DNA of 64,000 bases from an uncultured Roseicyclus sp. (GCA_947489665.1 CANLEH010000003.1:337400-401399), one strand, 5' to 3'. Positions 53,432 through 62,809 are shown, counted from the stretch's first letter. Translations and numbers: made by a program. Notes: generated from the letters alone by a model not told the origin.

Positions 53432-53550
53432 CGGAGCGGCCCTTGTCCCTCTCTCCCCCCCTCTCTCCGGGGTCGCTCCGTCAAACCCCTGTCCGTCTCC
53501 CTCCCCGGCCCCTGGCGCGTCCTCCCCTCCGCGCCGGGGGCTTTCCTTTT
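53432..53550 (+). ncRNA. Candidate CcsR/cuckoo-like sRNA or structured 3' UTR: two 11-bp hairpins with C/U-rich loops, the second acting as a terminator
   Basis: Hairpin 1 pairs 53432..53442 with 53470..53480, with loop UUGUCCCUCUCUCCCCCCUCUCUCCG. Hairpin 2 pairs 53508..53518 with 53531..53541, with loop GUCCUCCCCUCC, then UUUCCUUUU. The linker contains CUCCCUCCCC. Confidence 0.5.
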
Positions 53551-53854
53551 CGGACATGCAGGTAAGGAGAGCCTTACTCGCGCGACTTCGCGGCTCGGCG
53601 TATGTTCAAGGGGTAAGTACGGTAGACGAACGGAAGATTTCGCCGCCCTCCCATTTTGAGCCACAGATTGCTGCCATGACCCTTCGCATATCCCTTGTTC
53701 TCCTGGCCTCGCTTCTGTTTATCACCGTGCTTGCAACACTTTCCCTGCCTGCCGACGCCTATGCCATACCGCCCGAGGGGGACGACACGCTGTCCTCCGC
53801 CCGGATGATGTCCACCGGGCCGTTGAACGTGATCGTGTTCGAATTGTCGGGGCG

Positions 53855-54631
53855 CTAAGCCCGTTGCGTCACCAGCGCCTGATGGACGTCCGGCGCACCA
53901 GCCAAAACTCCATCGACCTGAGCGCTTTGCCCATTGAATACCAGTGGCGCGCCGCGACTTGACGTGGCCCGGCCCCCGGCTTCTTCGATGATGAGCGTGC
54001 CGGCGGCGATGTCCCATTCCCATGTTGGGCGGAACGTCATCATGCCATCGAAACGGCCTTCCCCCACCAAAGACATGCGATAGGCCAAAGACGGGCGATA
54101 GGCGCGCTCGACCGCGGGGATGCCGCCCGGCCAATGCTCGGGCGTGAGGTTCGCCTTGGTGGTCAGGAAGGTGGATTGGGCCGGGTCCGTTGCGCCCGTC
54201 ACGCGAACCGCCTGACCGTTTAGCGTTGTACCCCGCCCCTTTGCGGCCGCGTAGAGTTTTTCGCGCATCGGAAGGAAAACAACGCCCGCGATCACCTGTC
54301 CGCGATGCACCACCGAAAGAGAGTGCGCAAAGCTGCGCCCGCCTTCAATGAAGGCGCGCGTGCCGTCGATGGGGTCGCAAATGAAAACCGTCTCGGTGGA
54401 AAGGCGTGCTGGATCATCCTCGGTCTCCTCGGACAACCAGCCGTAGTGCGGGCGCGCGCCAAGCAGTGTTTCGCGCAGCATAGTGTCGACGGCGAGGTCG
54501 GCCTCGGTCACGGGGCCTTCAGCGCCTTTGTCCCAGATCTGCGGATCGCGTTGGAAATATTGCCCCGCAATGTCGCCTGCGCGTTCCGCGGCCTGGATCA
54601 GCAGCTCAAGGTCGTCGTCAGGCCCCGGCAA
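53855..54631 (-). CDS. Inositol monophosphatase family protein (CysQ/SuhB-like)
   Basis: 258-aa ORF with a TTG start overlapping the pmbA end by 14 nt. It has the motifs WLSEETED, DPIDGT and WEWDIAAG. Confidence 0.8.
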   Translation of the reverse strand: MPGPDDDLELLIQAAERAGDIAGQYFQRDPQIWDKGAEGPVTEADLAVDTMLRETLLGARPHYGWLSEETEDDPARLSTETVFICDPIDGTRAFIEGGRSFAHSLSVVHRGQVIAGVVFLPMREKLYAAAKGRGTTLNGQAVRVTGATDPAQSTFLTTKANLTPEHWPGGIPAVERAYRPSLAYRMSLVGEGRFDGMMTFRPTWEWDIAAGTLIIEEAGGRATSSRGAPLVFNGQSAQVDGVLAGAPDVHQALVTQRA

Positions 54632-55967
54632 TCGTCAATCCTTCAACGAGGAGCGAGGGGACCACGCGGCTCAGATGCGGCCTCGCATCATTGGCAGGCA
54701 CGATTGTGCGCAGCATGTCCTTCAGATTTCCGGCGACCGTACATTCATTCACCGGATAAGTGATCTCACCATTCTCGACCCAGAAGCCGGACGCGCCGCG
54801 CGAATAGTCGCCCGTGGTTGCGTTGATGGACGAGCCGATCATCGACGTGATCAGAAGGCCAGTGCCCATGTCCGCGAGAAGTGCCTCAAGCGACGCGTCA
54901 CCGGCGGTGAGGCGCACATTGCCGACGCTCGGGGAAGGCGGCCCTCCCGTGCCCCGGCTGGCGCTGGCTGTTGATGGCATGTCAAGTTGCCGCCCTGATG
55001 CAAGGTCGAGGGTCCAACCGGTCAACACGCCGTTTTCCACAATCGCGCGGTCCCGTGTCGGCAAGCCTTCGGCGTCAAACGGGCGGCTGCCTGACGTGCG
55101 GGGGCGGTGTGGCTCCTCAATCAGGGAAAGATGTGCGGGCAGTACCTCTTCGCCCAAGAGATCGCGCGCCCATGAGGATCCGCGGGCAATGGACACCCCA
55201 TTGGTGGCCGATAGAAGATGGCCGATCAGGCCCGAGGATATCCGTTCATCGTAGATAACAGGAAACGCGCCCGTGGGTGGCTTCTTTGCGCCTGCGCGCG
55301 CCACTGTGCGCTCGGCCGCGATGCGGCCCACGTCTGAGGCGTGCATCAAATCGCTTAGATGGTTGCGACCGTCGCCGAAATAGTCGCGCTCCATCCCGGT
55401 GCCTTCACCCGTAATGGCAACGCAGAAGACGCTATGGTCGCTGCGCGCGTAACCGCCGGAAAAACCGTTGGATGCGGCAAGATGGATGCGCCGACGGCTA
55501 TAACCGGCCCCGGCGGTAGAGACCTGGCTGATCCCGTTGACGGCAAGGGCGGCGGCCTCGGCTTCCAGGGCGCGGACCTCCAGCCCGGCGGGGTCCGGGT
55601 TTTCGCCCGGATCATTCAGGTCCAGCGCATCGCCATCCCGGATGTCTGACAAAGCCTCTGGCTCGGCCAGCCCGATATTGGGGTCTTCGGGGGCAAGGCG
55701 TGCCATCGCGACCGCGCGTTCGGCCATTTCCGTCAGCGTGCCGGGTTCCGTATCCGAGGCCGAAACGCAGGCCTGCCGTTGGCCGACCAGCACGCGCAAG
55801 CCAAGGTCCACCCCCTCCGAGCGTTCCGCCATTTCGAGCGCGCCATTCAAGACCTCGATGCGGATCGAGGTGCCGTCAACGGCAATCGCGTCAGCTGCAT
55901 CCGCTCCGGCGGCTTTTGCGGCACTCAGCAGAGCCTCGGTCAGCGGTGCAATCTCGGAATGGCTCAT
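54618..55967 (-). CDS. pmbA: TldD/PmbA-family metalloprotease (PmbA/TldE type)
   Basis: Track ORF 54618..56204 trimmed to ATG 55967 (MSHSEIAPLTEALLSAAKAAGADAADAI), giving 449 aa. The C-terminus GFWVENGEITYPVNECTVAGNL is typical of the family. Confidence 0.8.
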   Translation of the reverse strand: MSHSEIAPLTEALLSAAKAAGADAADAIAVDGTSIRIEVLNGALEMAERSEGVDLGLRVLVGQRQACVSASDTEPGTLTEMAERAVAMARLAPEDPNIGLAEPEALSDIRDGDALDLNDPGENPDPAGLEVRALEAEAAALAVNGISQVSTAGAGYSRRRIHLAASNGFSGGYARSDHSVFCVAITGEGTGMERDYFGDGRNHLSDLMHASDVGRIAAERTVARAGAKKPPTGAFPVIYDERISSGLIGHLLSATNGVSIARGSSWARDLLGEEVLPAHLSLIEEPHRPRTSGSRPFDAEGLPTRDRAIVENGVLTGWTLDLASGRQLDMPSTASASRGTGGPPSPSVGNVRLTAGDASLEALLADMGTGLLITSMIGSSINATTGDYSRGASGFWVENGEITYPVNECTVAGNLKDMLRTIVPANDARPHLSRVVPSLLVEGLTIAGA

Positions 55968-56079
55968 GGATACCCCTTTGGCTCTTGTCATTCTCGACGT
56001 AGGGCGCGGGTCAGGGGCATGCAAGCGAAACGGCCCGATCCGTGATGAACCGGGCCGCAAAGACGCGTGAAACTTGGGG

Positions 56080-57570
56080 CTATTGCAGCGGGATCCCGTT
56101 TGCCGTGATCGATCCATCCGCGCCGAACTGAACACTGGTCTCCAGCGTGTCTGGCGCGGCACCGGGCCGAGCGAAGACATTGGCCATGCCGCGCACAAAG
56201 GCACCTTGATCGGATGGAACGAGCCCGCCCGCCATCAACGCATCCAGAAGCGCGTTGCCGCCGGACAATTGCAGCTCGGCCGCGCCAACAGGCATCGGCA
56301 TCAACTGCCCGGGCGCAAAACTCACATCCGCGGTACCGGAAAGCTCGGCGCCGCCTGCGCCAACGCGCAATTCGCTGATGTTGAGCGCGCGCAATTCACC
56401 GGGCGGTCCGGTCATCTCTTCGGGGTCCAGTGTCATGAGATCCACGAACAATTGAATCTGACCGGTTGCATCAAGGATCAGGCTGGCCGGATCACGTGGA
56501 ATGGCATTGGTCGGGTCCATCATAGCCCAAATCCCATCACCCAATACGAGGTCCTCATAGGCCAGACGGACTGAGACGTCCTGCGGTGCGTCCCCAGCGG
56601 AAAGCGGGATCGCAAAGGCGATCTCGGAGGATGCAACCGATACATCGACCGGCACCGGCAGGTCGATGGCGGTGATACGGGTTTGCATGCCGGTCCCGGA
56701 GATGTCGTAGGATATTTCATCCTCGCTGAAGGCAACGCCCAGGCTGCCACCTTCATTGGAATAGGCGACCGCAAATTGCTCGCCCACATCTTCGAATTCG
56801 AATTCCAGCGCAAAGGAATCGTAAGCCGTTGTCCCGCTGAGCTCGACGCCGTCTGGCAACTCCGTGCTGACCTGGTTCAGGGCCGCGATGGAAGAGAATG
56901 TGCCGCTGCTGTTGCCTTCGATGGCGCCGATGAGCAGACCGGCCTTGAAGCGGCCCGTTTCACCAGACGGGGGAAGCAACTCCAACGCCATTTGCATGCC
57001 ACCGGCGGATCCAGTGCTTGCAAAACGCATGGTTTCAGGCGTGTCCCCGGTTACGGAATAGGTGCTTTCCACATCAGTCATCACCATGTCGAGGTCGATG
57101 GTCGGCGGCTCACTTCCGCCGCCCCAGATCGCGCCATCCGTGATCAGGATACGGTCGGCGGAATAGGCATAGGTGCGGTTGCCCGCATCGCCCGATACGC
57201 GCACGTCGAGCCCTTCATGGCGCAATTGCAGTTCGATATTCCCGGGTGGATCATCGTCGTCGACTTCGAACGTGAAGGTCAGCGAATAAAGCTCGGAGAA
57301 GGTGATGGAGAGCGTGCCGTCCGGGTTCTCGGTCATTTGGATTTCATCGATGACGCCACGGGTCATGATGTCATCATCCTCAAAGGCCGAGATGAAGTTC
57401 GTCAGGGTCAAACCGGTATCCGTCGGAGTTTCGGTGGCAGATATGGTTTGCCCGGAAATCGCGGCCTGAGCCTGCCATTCGGCCCAAACCTCGGTGGCCA
57501 ATGTGTCAGAAAAGGCGGGGCTGGCGGCAACAAGAGCAAGGGTTGAAAGCGAAAAACAGAAACGTGTCAT
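56080..57570 (-). CDS. Periplasmic protein, DUF2125-like
   Basis: Track ORF 56080..57606 trimmed to ATG 57570 (signal MTRFCFSLSTLALVAASPAFS). The family call is from memory of the DUF2125 N-terminal W..W pattern. Confidence 0.45.
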   Translation of the reverse strand: MTRFCFSLSTLALVAASPAFSDTLATEVWAEWQAQAAISGQTISATETPTDTGLTLTNFISAFEDDDIMTRGVIDEIQMTENPDGTLSITFSELYSLTFTFEVDDDDPPGNIELQLRHEGLDVRVSGDAGNRTYAYSADRILITDGAIWGGGSEPPTIDLDMVMTDVESTYSVTGDTPETMRFASTGSAGGMQMALELLPPSGETGRFKAGLLIGAIEGNSSGTFSSIAALNQVSTELPDGVELSGTTAYDSFALEFEFEDVGEQFAVAYSNEGGSLGVAFSEDEISYDISGTGMQTRITAIDLPVPVDVSVASSEIAFAIPLSAGDAPQDVSVRLAYEDLVLGDGIWAMMDPTNAIPRDPASLILDATGQIQLFVDLMTLDPEEMTGPPGELRALNISELRVGAGGAELSGTADVSFAPGQLMPMPVGAAELQLSGGNALLDALMAGGLVPSDQGAFVRGMANVFARPGAAPDTLETSVQFGADGSITANGIPLQ

Positions 57571-57754
57571 CAAATTATCGGCTCCATCTACGGGAAGGCT
57601 TATCAAAACAAGGTCGGACTCTCTGCGCGTTGGGTCAAGTAGGGATCACCCTAGCTTGCCCGGCAGCGCGCGGTCACGGGGAAGGGGCTGGCCCAAGTCG
57701 GGCTGGGGCGGTAGGGCTGGACCCACGATATTCCAAACGCGAAAGGTCAGGCAG

Positions 57755-58507
57755 ATGACACATGCTGTATCTGGGAAGGTCGTTGCGATTTCGGGCGCAA
57801 GTCGTGGGATCGGTGCCGCCGCTGCACGGGAATTTGTGGCCCTTGGGGCGAAGGTTGTTCTGATGGCGCGCAGTCGTGATGCCATCGTGGAACTTGCGGG
57901 CGAGATTGGGGATGCGGCCCTTGCCGTGCCGTGCGACGTGGCCCGCTATTGGGAGGTTGAGGCCGCCTACAACGCCGCCGTCGATACGTTTGGGTCGCTG
58001 GATGTTGTCATCAACAATGCCGGTGTGATCGAACCCGTCGCGCGGATTGAAGAGGCCGACGCTGACGCGTGGGGGCAGGTGATCGACATCAACCTGAAAG
58101 GCACGTTCAACGGCGCGCGGGCTGCTTTGCCTCATATGGCGGCGAACGGTGGGACAATCATCGGGATTTCGTCGGGGGCTGCCACCAATGCGCTGGAAGG
58201 CTGGTCGCACTACTGCTCCTCCAAAGCGGCGGCGTTGATGCTGACGCGCTGTCTGCACAAGGAGATGGCCGATAGGGGCATTCGTGCGCTTGGGCTGAGC
58301 CCCGGTACGGTTGCCACGCAGATGCAAAAAGAGATCAAGGCCTCGGGCGTGAACCCTGTCAGCGCGTTGAATTGGGAAGATCACATTCCTCCGGAATGGC
58401 CCGCCAAGGCGCTCGCCTGGATGTGCACGGCCGACGCGGATGAGTATTTGGGTGGCGATATTTCCCTTCGGGATGAAGGCGTTCGGAAAGCGGTGGGACT
58501 GATTTGA
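57755..58507 (+). CDS. Short-chain dehydrogenase/reductase (classical SDR)
   Basis: Track ORF 57494..58507 trimmed to ATG 57755. It has GASRGIG (TGxxxGxG), NNAG and YCSSK (YxxxK). Confidence 0.85.
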   Translation: MTHAVSGKVVAISGASRGIGAAAAREFVALGAKVVLMARSRDAIVELAGEIGDAALAVPCDVARYWEVEAAYNAAVDTFGSLDVVINNAGVIEPVARIEEADADAWGQVIDINLKGTFNGARAALPHMAANGGTIIGISSGAATNALEGWSHYCSSKAAALMLTRCLHKEMADRGIRALGLSPGTVATQMQKEIKASGVNPVSALNWEDHIPPEWPAKALAWMCTADADEYLGGDISLRDEGVRKAVGLI

Positions 58508-59112
58508 TCGATGTTTCAGAGAAGGGCGGATTGTTAAACGTCGCCCTGAACCGGCCAGAAAAAGCAAACTCTCTGACCGGCGCCATGCTGCAGGAATTGG
58601 CGGAGCTTTTTGAGGGTGCGAACCCTAAAGCGGTCATCTTGACGGGCGCCGGAGAGAAGGTGTTCTCGGCCGGAGCCGACCTTGATGAAGCACGCGCGGG
58701 CCTGGCCATATCGCCGCTCTGGGAACGCGTCTCGGGCGCTTTGGCGGCGATGCCGTGCCCCACTATTGCTGCCTTGAACGGCACGCTTGCGGGGGGTGCA
58801 TTCGGGATGGCATTGGCCTGCGATATCCGGCTGTGTGTGCCGGGTGCGTCGTTCTTTTATCCAGTCGCGAAGCTTGGGTTTCTGCCGCAGCCATCTGATC
58901 CGGGGCGCCTTGCGGCACTGATTGGACCGGCACGGGCCAAGTTGGTGCTGATGTCCGGCGCGCGCCTCACCACGGATGAGGCGCTGGCCTTTGGGTTGGT
59001 GGACCGTGTCGTGGAGCGCGACGCTTTGCTGACAGAGGCCAAGGCGCTGTGCGCGCCCGCCCTGGCCGGGGACGCGGAAAATGTGCGTGCAATCAAGGCG
59101 ATGGTGGGGTGA
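58504..59112 (+). CDS. Enoyl-CoA hydratase/isomerase (crotonase) family protein
   Basis: 202-aa ORF with a TTG start overlapping the SDR stop. It has LNRPEKANSL and GAGEKVFSAGADL motifs. It is shorter than a typical crotonase. Confidence 0.7.
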   Translation: MIDVSEKGGLLNVALNRPEKANSLTGAMLQELAELFEGANPKAVILTGAGEKVFSAGADLDEARAGLAISPLWERVSGALAAMPCPTIAALNGTLAGGAFGMALACDIRLCVPGASFFYPVAKLGFLPQPSDPGRLAALIGPARAKLVLMSGARLTTDEALAFGLVDRVVERDALLTEAKALCAPALAGDAENVRAIKAMVG

Positions 59113-59135
59113 GCGGGCTTGCCCCTTCTTGGTGC

Positions 59136-59441
59136 CTATTTGTGTTTCCACGCGCGGCGGCCACCGGCGGTTTTGGAATGAAAATCGGGCGGGCGTTTGG
59201 CGACCCATTTAAAGAACTTTGCCAAGCGCGGATGGCCGCGCAAGGCGTCGGGCGTGTTGTAAACGCGCGCAAGCTCGGCCTCGGACAGGGTGGCATGAAT
59301 CTCGTTATGGCAAATCTGATGGATGAGCACCGTCGGCCCACCTTTGCCGCCGCGCAGCTTTGGCACCAGATGGTGCAGGCTTTGCGGTGCATCCGGCGGA
59401 ATGGGGCGGTCGCACAGCGGGCAAATCGGGGTGTCGTCCAT
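59136..59441 (-). CDS. HNH endonuclease family small protein
   Basis: Track ORF 59136..59630 trimmed to ATG 59441. It has CPLCDRPIP...HHLVPKLRGGKGGPTVLIHQICHNEIH (Cys pair plus HH..N..H). Confidence 0.75.
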   Translation of the reverse strand: MDDTPICPLCDRPIPPDAPQSLHHLVPKLRGGKGGPTVLIHQICHNEIHATLSEAELARVYNTPDALRGHPRLAKFFKWVAKRPPDFHSKTAGGRRAWKHK

Positions 59442-60639
59442 GGCGGATGAGGATGGCGCGGTGGGCATGGAAGGCAAGGTCGATGCGCTTGTTGTGGGGT
59501 CCGGTCCTGCCGGTCTGATGGCAGCGGAGACGTTGGCGAGGGCGGGGCGTAAGGTGCTGATTTGTGAGGGGAAACCTTCCGCCGGGCGCAAGTTTCTGAT
59601 GGCGGGCAAGTCGGGGCTGAACCTGACCAAGGATGAAGACCTTGGCCGCTTTGTGAATGCCTATGGCGACGCCGCCGATTGGCTCTATCCGATGATCGCG
59701 CGGCTTGACCCGGTGGAGGTCATGGCCTTTGCCGAGGACCTTGGGCAGCCCGTTTTCACCGGCTCGACGGGCCGTGTCTTTCCGCGTGCGATGAAGGCCT
59801 CGCCGCTGTTGCGGGCGTGGCTCAAGCGGATCGAGGCGGAGCTGCGGTTGCGTTGGCAATGGGTTGGGTTTGAAGGTGAGGGGCTTGCCTTCGACGCGCC
59901 GGACGGGCGGCACGTCCTGCATCCTCAGGTGACTGTTCTGGCGCTTGGCGGCGCGTCCTGGGCGCGGCTGGGCAGCGACGGCGCATGGGCGCCGTGGCTG
60001 GTAGAGAAGGGTGTTGAAATCGCGCCGTTCAAGCCTGCGAATATGGGGTTCGTGGTTGAATGGTCTGAGTATATGGCCCCGAATTTCGGTGCGCCGCTTA
60101 AGAACATCGCATTGATCGTGAACGGAAAATCGGTGAAAGGCGAAGCGGTTCTGTCGCAGCGTGGGCTTGAGGGTGGCGGGATCTACGCGGTCTCGGCCGC
60201 CGTGCGCGACGGGGCTGATCTGGCGATGGATTTGTTGCCGGGACGTGACGAGGCGGAGCTTGCGCGTCGCCTAAAGGGACGCCCGAAAAAGCAGACGCTG
60301 ACCAAGGCATTGACCAAGCTGGGGCTGGACGACGCGAAGCGCGCGCTGTTGAGAGAATTCGCGCATCCGTTGCCGGAGGATGCCGTTGCGCTGGCCGCTT
60401 TGATCAAGGCACTGCCCATCAAACATAACGGCCCGCGACCGATGGACGAGGCGATTTCGACGGCGGGCGGTGTCACGCAAAACGCTGTGACATCTGGCCT
60501 TATGCTTCGGGACCTACCCGGTATACATGTGGCCGGCGAGATGCTGGATTGGGAGGCGCCAACAGGTGGCTATCTGATCAGTGCGTGCCTGGCGACCGGG
60601 CGTTGGGCGGGAGAGCATGCGGCGCGATATTGGCCCTGA
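59440..60639 (+). CDS. NAD(P)/FAD-dependent flavoprotein (HI0933/BaiN-like, TIGR03862-type)
   Basis: Track ORF 59323..60639 trimmed to ATG 59440. ATG 59467 (MEGKVDALVVGSGPAGLMAAE) is an equally good start. It has the dinucleotide-binding motif GSGPAG. Confidence 0.75.
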   Translation: MADEDGAVGMEGKVDALVVGSGPAGLMAAETLARAGRKVLICEGKPSAGRKFLMAGKSGLNLTKDEDLGRFVNAYGDAADWLYPMIARLDPVEVMAFAEDLGQPVFTGSTGRVFPRAMKASPLLRAWLKRIEAELRLRWQWVGFEGEGLAFDAPDGRHVLHPQVTVLALGGASWARLGSDGAWAPWLVEKGVEIAPFKPANMGFVVEWSEYMAPNFGAPLKNIALIVNGKSVKGEAVLSQRGLEGGGIYAVSAAVRDGADLAMDLLPGRDEAELARRLKGRPKKQTLTKALTKLGLDDAKRALLREFAHPLPEDAVALAALIKALPIKHNGPRPMDEAISTAGGVTQNAVTSGLMLRDLPGIHVAGEMLDWEAPTGGYLISACLATGRWAGEHAARYWP

Positions 60640-60656
60640 AATGGGCATAATGAACC

Positions 60657-60696
60657 TGTAGTGAATCTGTAGTTTTTCCGTAACTACAATTGTAGT
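60657..60696. repeat. AT-rich TGTAGT iteron cluster with the 14-bp perfect palindrome ACTACAATTGTAGT, between convergent genes
   Basis: TGTAGT occurs at 60657, 60668 and 60691, with inverted ACTACA at 60683. The palindrome spans 60683..60696. An alternative hairpin is TGTAGTT-(7 nt)-AACTACA. A GAATC site lies at 60663. Confidence 0.6.
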
Positions 60697-60702
60697 GCAC
60701 GC

Positions 60703-61299
60703 TCAGCCGCCCTGGCTCAACGCGCGTTTGAAGGCGGGCCGCGCGCGCATCATCGCATTGTGGTCGATCAGCCGTTCGTTCGTGACGTCGAATTTCGCGT
60801 TTGATGCCCACCCGACACAGTGGCTGAGCAGGATGTCGGCAATCGAGATCTCAGCCCCCGCAACGAAAGGACCGTCCGCGTTCATCCGGTCCGCAACCGT
60901 ATTCTGGGTCGTGGCGAACTCCCATTTGAGGGACTCCTTGATCGCCGGAACGCGGTGATCTTCGGGCAGGATGAAGCTGTGGCGCGCAGCGGTCCACAGG
61001 AGGCTGTCGATCTCGTCATTCACCAGTTGCACGAAGCTGTCCTGCTGCGCGCGGGCAATTGTTCCGGCGGGCGCGGTCAGGCTGCCATGCTTGTCGGCGA
61101 GATAGGTCATGATCGCGACGCTGTCGGGGATGATCTGATCATCGGCCATCATGAACGGCACCTTGCCGGACGGGTTGATGGCTTTGGCTTCAGGCGAGCG
61201 GGGGGCGGCTTCGACAAATTCGTAGTCCACGTTCAATTCTTCAGCGGTCCAAAGGGCGCGCATCGCGCGGCTACGCACGGAGCCGTAGATCTTATACAT
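60703..61299 (-). CDS. Glutathione S-transferase
   Basis: Track ORF 60703..61584 trimmed to ATG 61299 (MYKIYGSVRSRAMRALW), which overlaps the holA stop (TAATG). It has the GST N-domain block NPSGKVPFMMADDQIIPDSVAIMTYL. Confidence 0.8.
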   Translation of the reverse strand: MYKIYGSVRSRAMRALWTAEELNVDYEFVEAAPRSPEAKAINPSGKVPFMMADDQIIPDSVAIMTYLADKHGSLTAPAGTIARAQQDSFVQLVNDEIDSLLWTAARHSFILPEDHRVPAIKESLKWEFATTQNTVADRMNADGPFVAGAEISIADILLSHCVGWASNAKFDVTNERLIDHNAMMRARPAFKRALSQGG

Positions 61300-62330
61300 T
61301 ATCTTCTCCCTCTGCCCGGCAGCATGGCCAGCCGGATCAATGTGCGTTCCATGACCGCCATCTGCGGTGCCGCGCTGGTTGAGCGCAAGGTCAGGTCGGT
61401 TTCGACAAGCATGGACAGCGCTGATTCCAACGCATCGCGGCCCCAGCGGCTGGCTTGCCGGACCATGCGGTCGCGACGCGGGCCGAAAACGGGGGGGCGC
61501 ATGGCCTGCAACCCTGCGGCGGGGCCATTCGGGTGGCTCGCCGCCAAATGCAAAGCGCGGAAATGGCGAAGGGCTGCGATGCAAAGCGAGACAGGCGTGG
61601 TGCCCTGCTGTTTGAGACGGTTCAGGATCGGACCAATGGCGCCGGTCTCGGCCTCCGCCGTGGCGTGGAGGATGTCATCAAGTTCGGCCTCGCGGGTCAG
61701 GGGGGCCACGGCCTCGATATCCGCGGGCGAAACGGGCGTGGCGTCGCCGCGTTTGTAGAGACCCAGTTTGTCGATCATCTGCCGGAAGTCGCCGGGCGGG
61801 ACGGAGCGAGCGAGGCCTTCAAGGTCAGCCATGGCGTCACGGTCGGGGGCGGTCAGCCCGGCTTCCTTCAGCCAATCCTCGATCTGGGCACGATCGGGCG
61901 GGTCATCATAGATTGCGGCGGCATAGGCGCGTTTGGAGCCTTCGAACACCTTGCGCAGCGCCGATTTGGGGGTGAGGCGGCCGGCAGTGGCGATGATTTG
62001 TGCGTCGCCCTCCGCCCAATCCTCCATCGCGGCGGTGAAGACCTTGGCGAGACCGTCGGTGGCCCCTTCGACCAGAACGGCGCGGGGACCGGGGAAGAAA
62101 CCCACGGCTTTGACAGCATCCAGAAGGGCCGCGCCGTCCGAACGGAGATCCGCGCCTGAAAGGCGGGTCAGGCGCATTTCCTCTTCGGCATTGGGACCGA
62201 GGAGGGCCGCGAGAAGGTCCTGGCGCTTGAGGGCGACACGCATGGCGTCTTCGCCGAAGATCAGGCAGCCCGCGGCGCTTTGATCAGGGCGTTTGAAATA
62301 GGTGTTTGCGTCGCGCGTGCTGAGCTTCAT
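61299..62330 (-). CDS. holA: DNA polymerase III delta subunit
   Basis: 343-aa ORF in the conserved leuS-lptE-holA position. Its ATG overlaps the lptE stop (ATGA). The N-terminus LIFGEDAMRV and the size fit HolA. Confidence 0.8.
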   Translation of the reverse strand: MKLSTRDANTYFKRPDQSAAGCLIFGEDAMRVALKRQDLLAALLGPNAEEEMRLTRLSGADLRSDGAALLDAVKAVGFFPGPRAVLVEGATDGLAKVFTAAMEDWAEGDAQIIATAGRLTPKSALRKVFEGSKRAYAAAIYDDPPDRAQIEDWLKEAGLTAPDRDAMADLEGLARSVPPGDFRQMIDKLGLYKRGDATPVSPADIEAVAPLTREAELDDILHATAEAETGAIGPILNRLKQQGTTPVSLCIAALRHFRALHLAASHPNGPAAGLQAMRPPVFGPRRDRMVRQASRWGRDALESALSMLVETDLTLRSTSAAPQMAVMERTLIRLAMLPGRGRR

Positions 62331-62809
62331 GACCAGCCGGGCGCGCCTGCGAGCAGGCGGGTGACAAGCTGGTCGGCCAAGGCGACGGCCAGCCTGTTCT
62401 CAGCGTCGCGACGGGCTGAAGCCGTTGCAACCGGAGAAGCCGTGGTGGCGTAGGCGGTGAAGGTCGAAACCTCACCCTGTTCGAGAATGCGCCCTGTGCC
62501 GGCTTCACGCAAAGTGAATGCCAGAGAGCCGATCACATTGATCCGGTCGATATTCTCGGCTTCATCGATGGCCAGATTGCGCTGGCCGGTTTCGATGGAA
62601 TAGTCGAGCTCATAGGTGTTGCCCGTGCCAAGCCGATCCTCAAAGCGCGACAGCACTTCAAATTCGATCCGCGTATCCGGATCAGTCACACGGATCTGGT
62701 CGCGGATGGCCGTTCCCGACCTGCCCGGCCCGTAGACGGGCTGGAAATTGCAGGCCGCCAAAGGGGCCAGCAGGAGTATCAGGGCAAGGCGGCGGTTAAA
62801 CGACGACAT
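62327..62809 (-). CDS. lptE: LPS-assembly lipoprotein LptE
   Basis: 160-aa ORF with the lipobox LAAC ([20 protein letters not shown]). It lies immediately downstream of leuS. Confidence 0.8.
   Translation of the reverse strand: MSSFNRRLALILLLAPLAACNFQPVYGPGRSGTAIRDQIRVTDPDTRIEFEVLSRFEDRLGTGNTYELDYSIETGQRNLAIDEAENIDRINVIGSLAFTLREAGTGRILEQGEVSTFTAYATTASPVATASARRDAENRLAVALADQLVTRLLAGAPGWS

Noticed and set aside
53676-53858. 60-aa ORF MTLRISLVLLASLLFITVLATLSLPADAYA... (the inner start of track ORF 53370..53858) as a small membrane or secreted protein.
   Set aside because: It has no Shine-Dalgarno sequence and no recognisable family. It abuts the convergent IMPase gene end. It may be real, but I cannot support it beyond a hydrophobic N-terminus.
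60641-60668. Possible dif (XerC/D) site suggested by GGGCATAATG, which resembles the XerC arm GCGCATAATG of E. coli dif.
   Set aside because: The other arm does not form the expected TTATG-type inverted XerD arm after a 6-bp spacer. Only one half-site is similar, which is insufficient.
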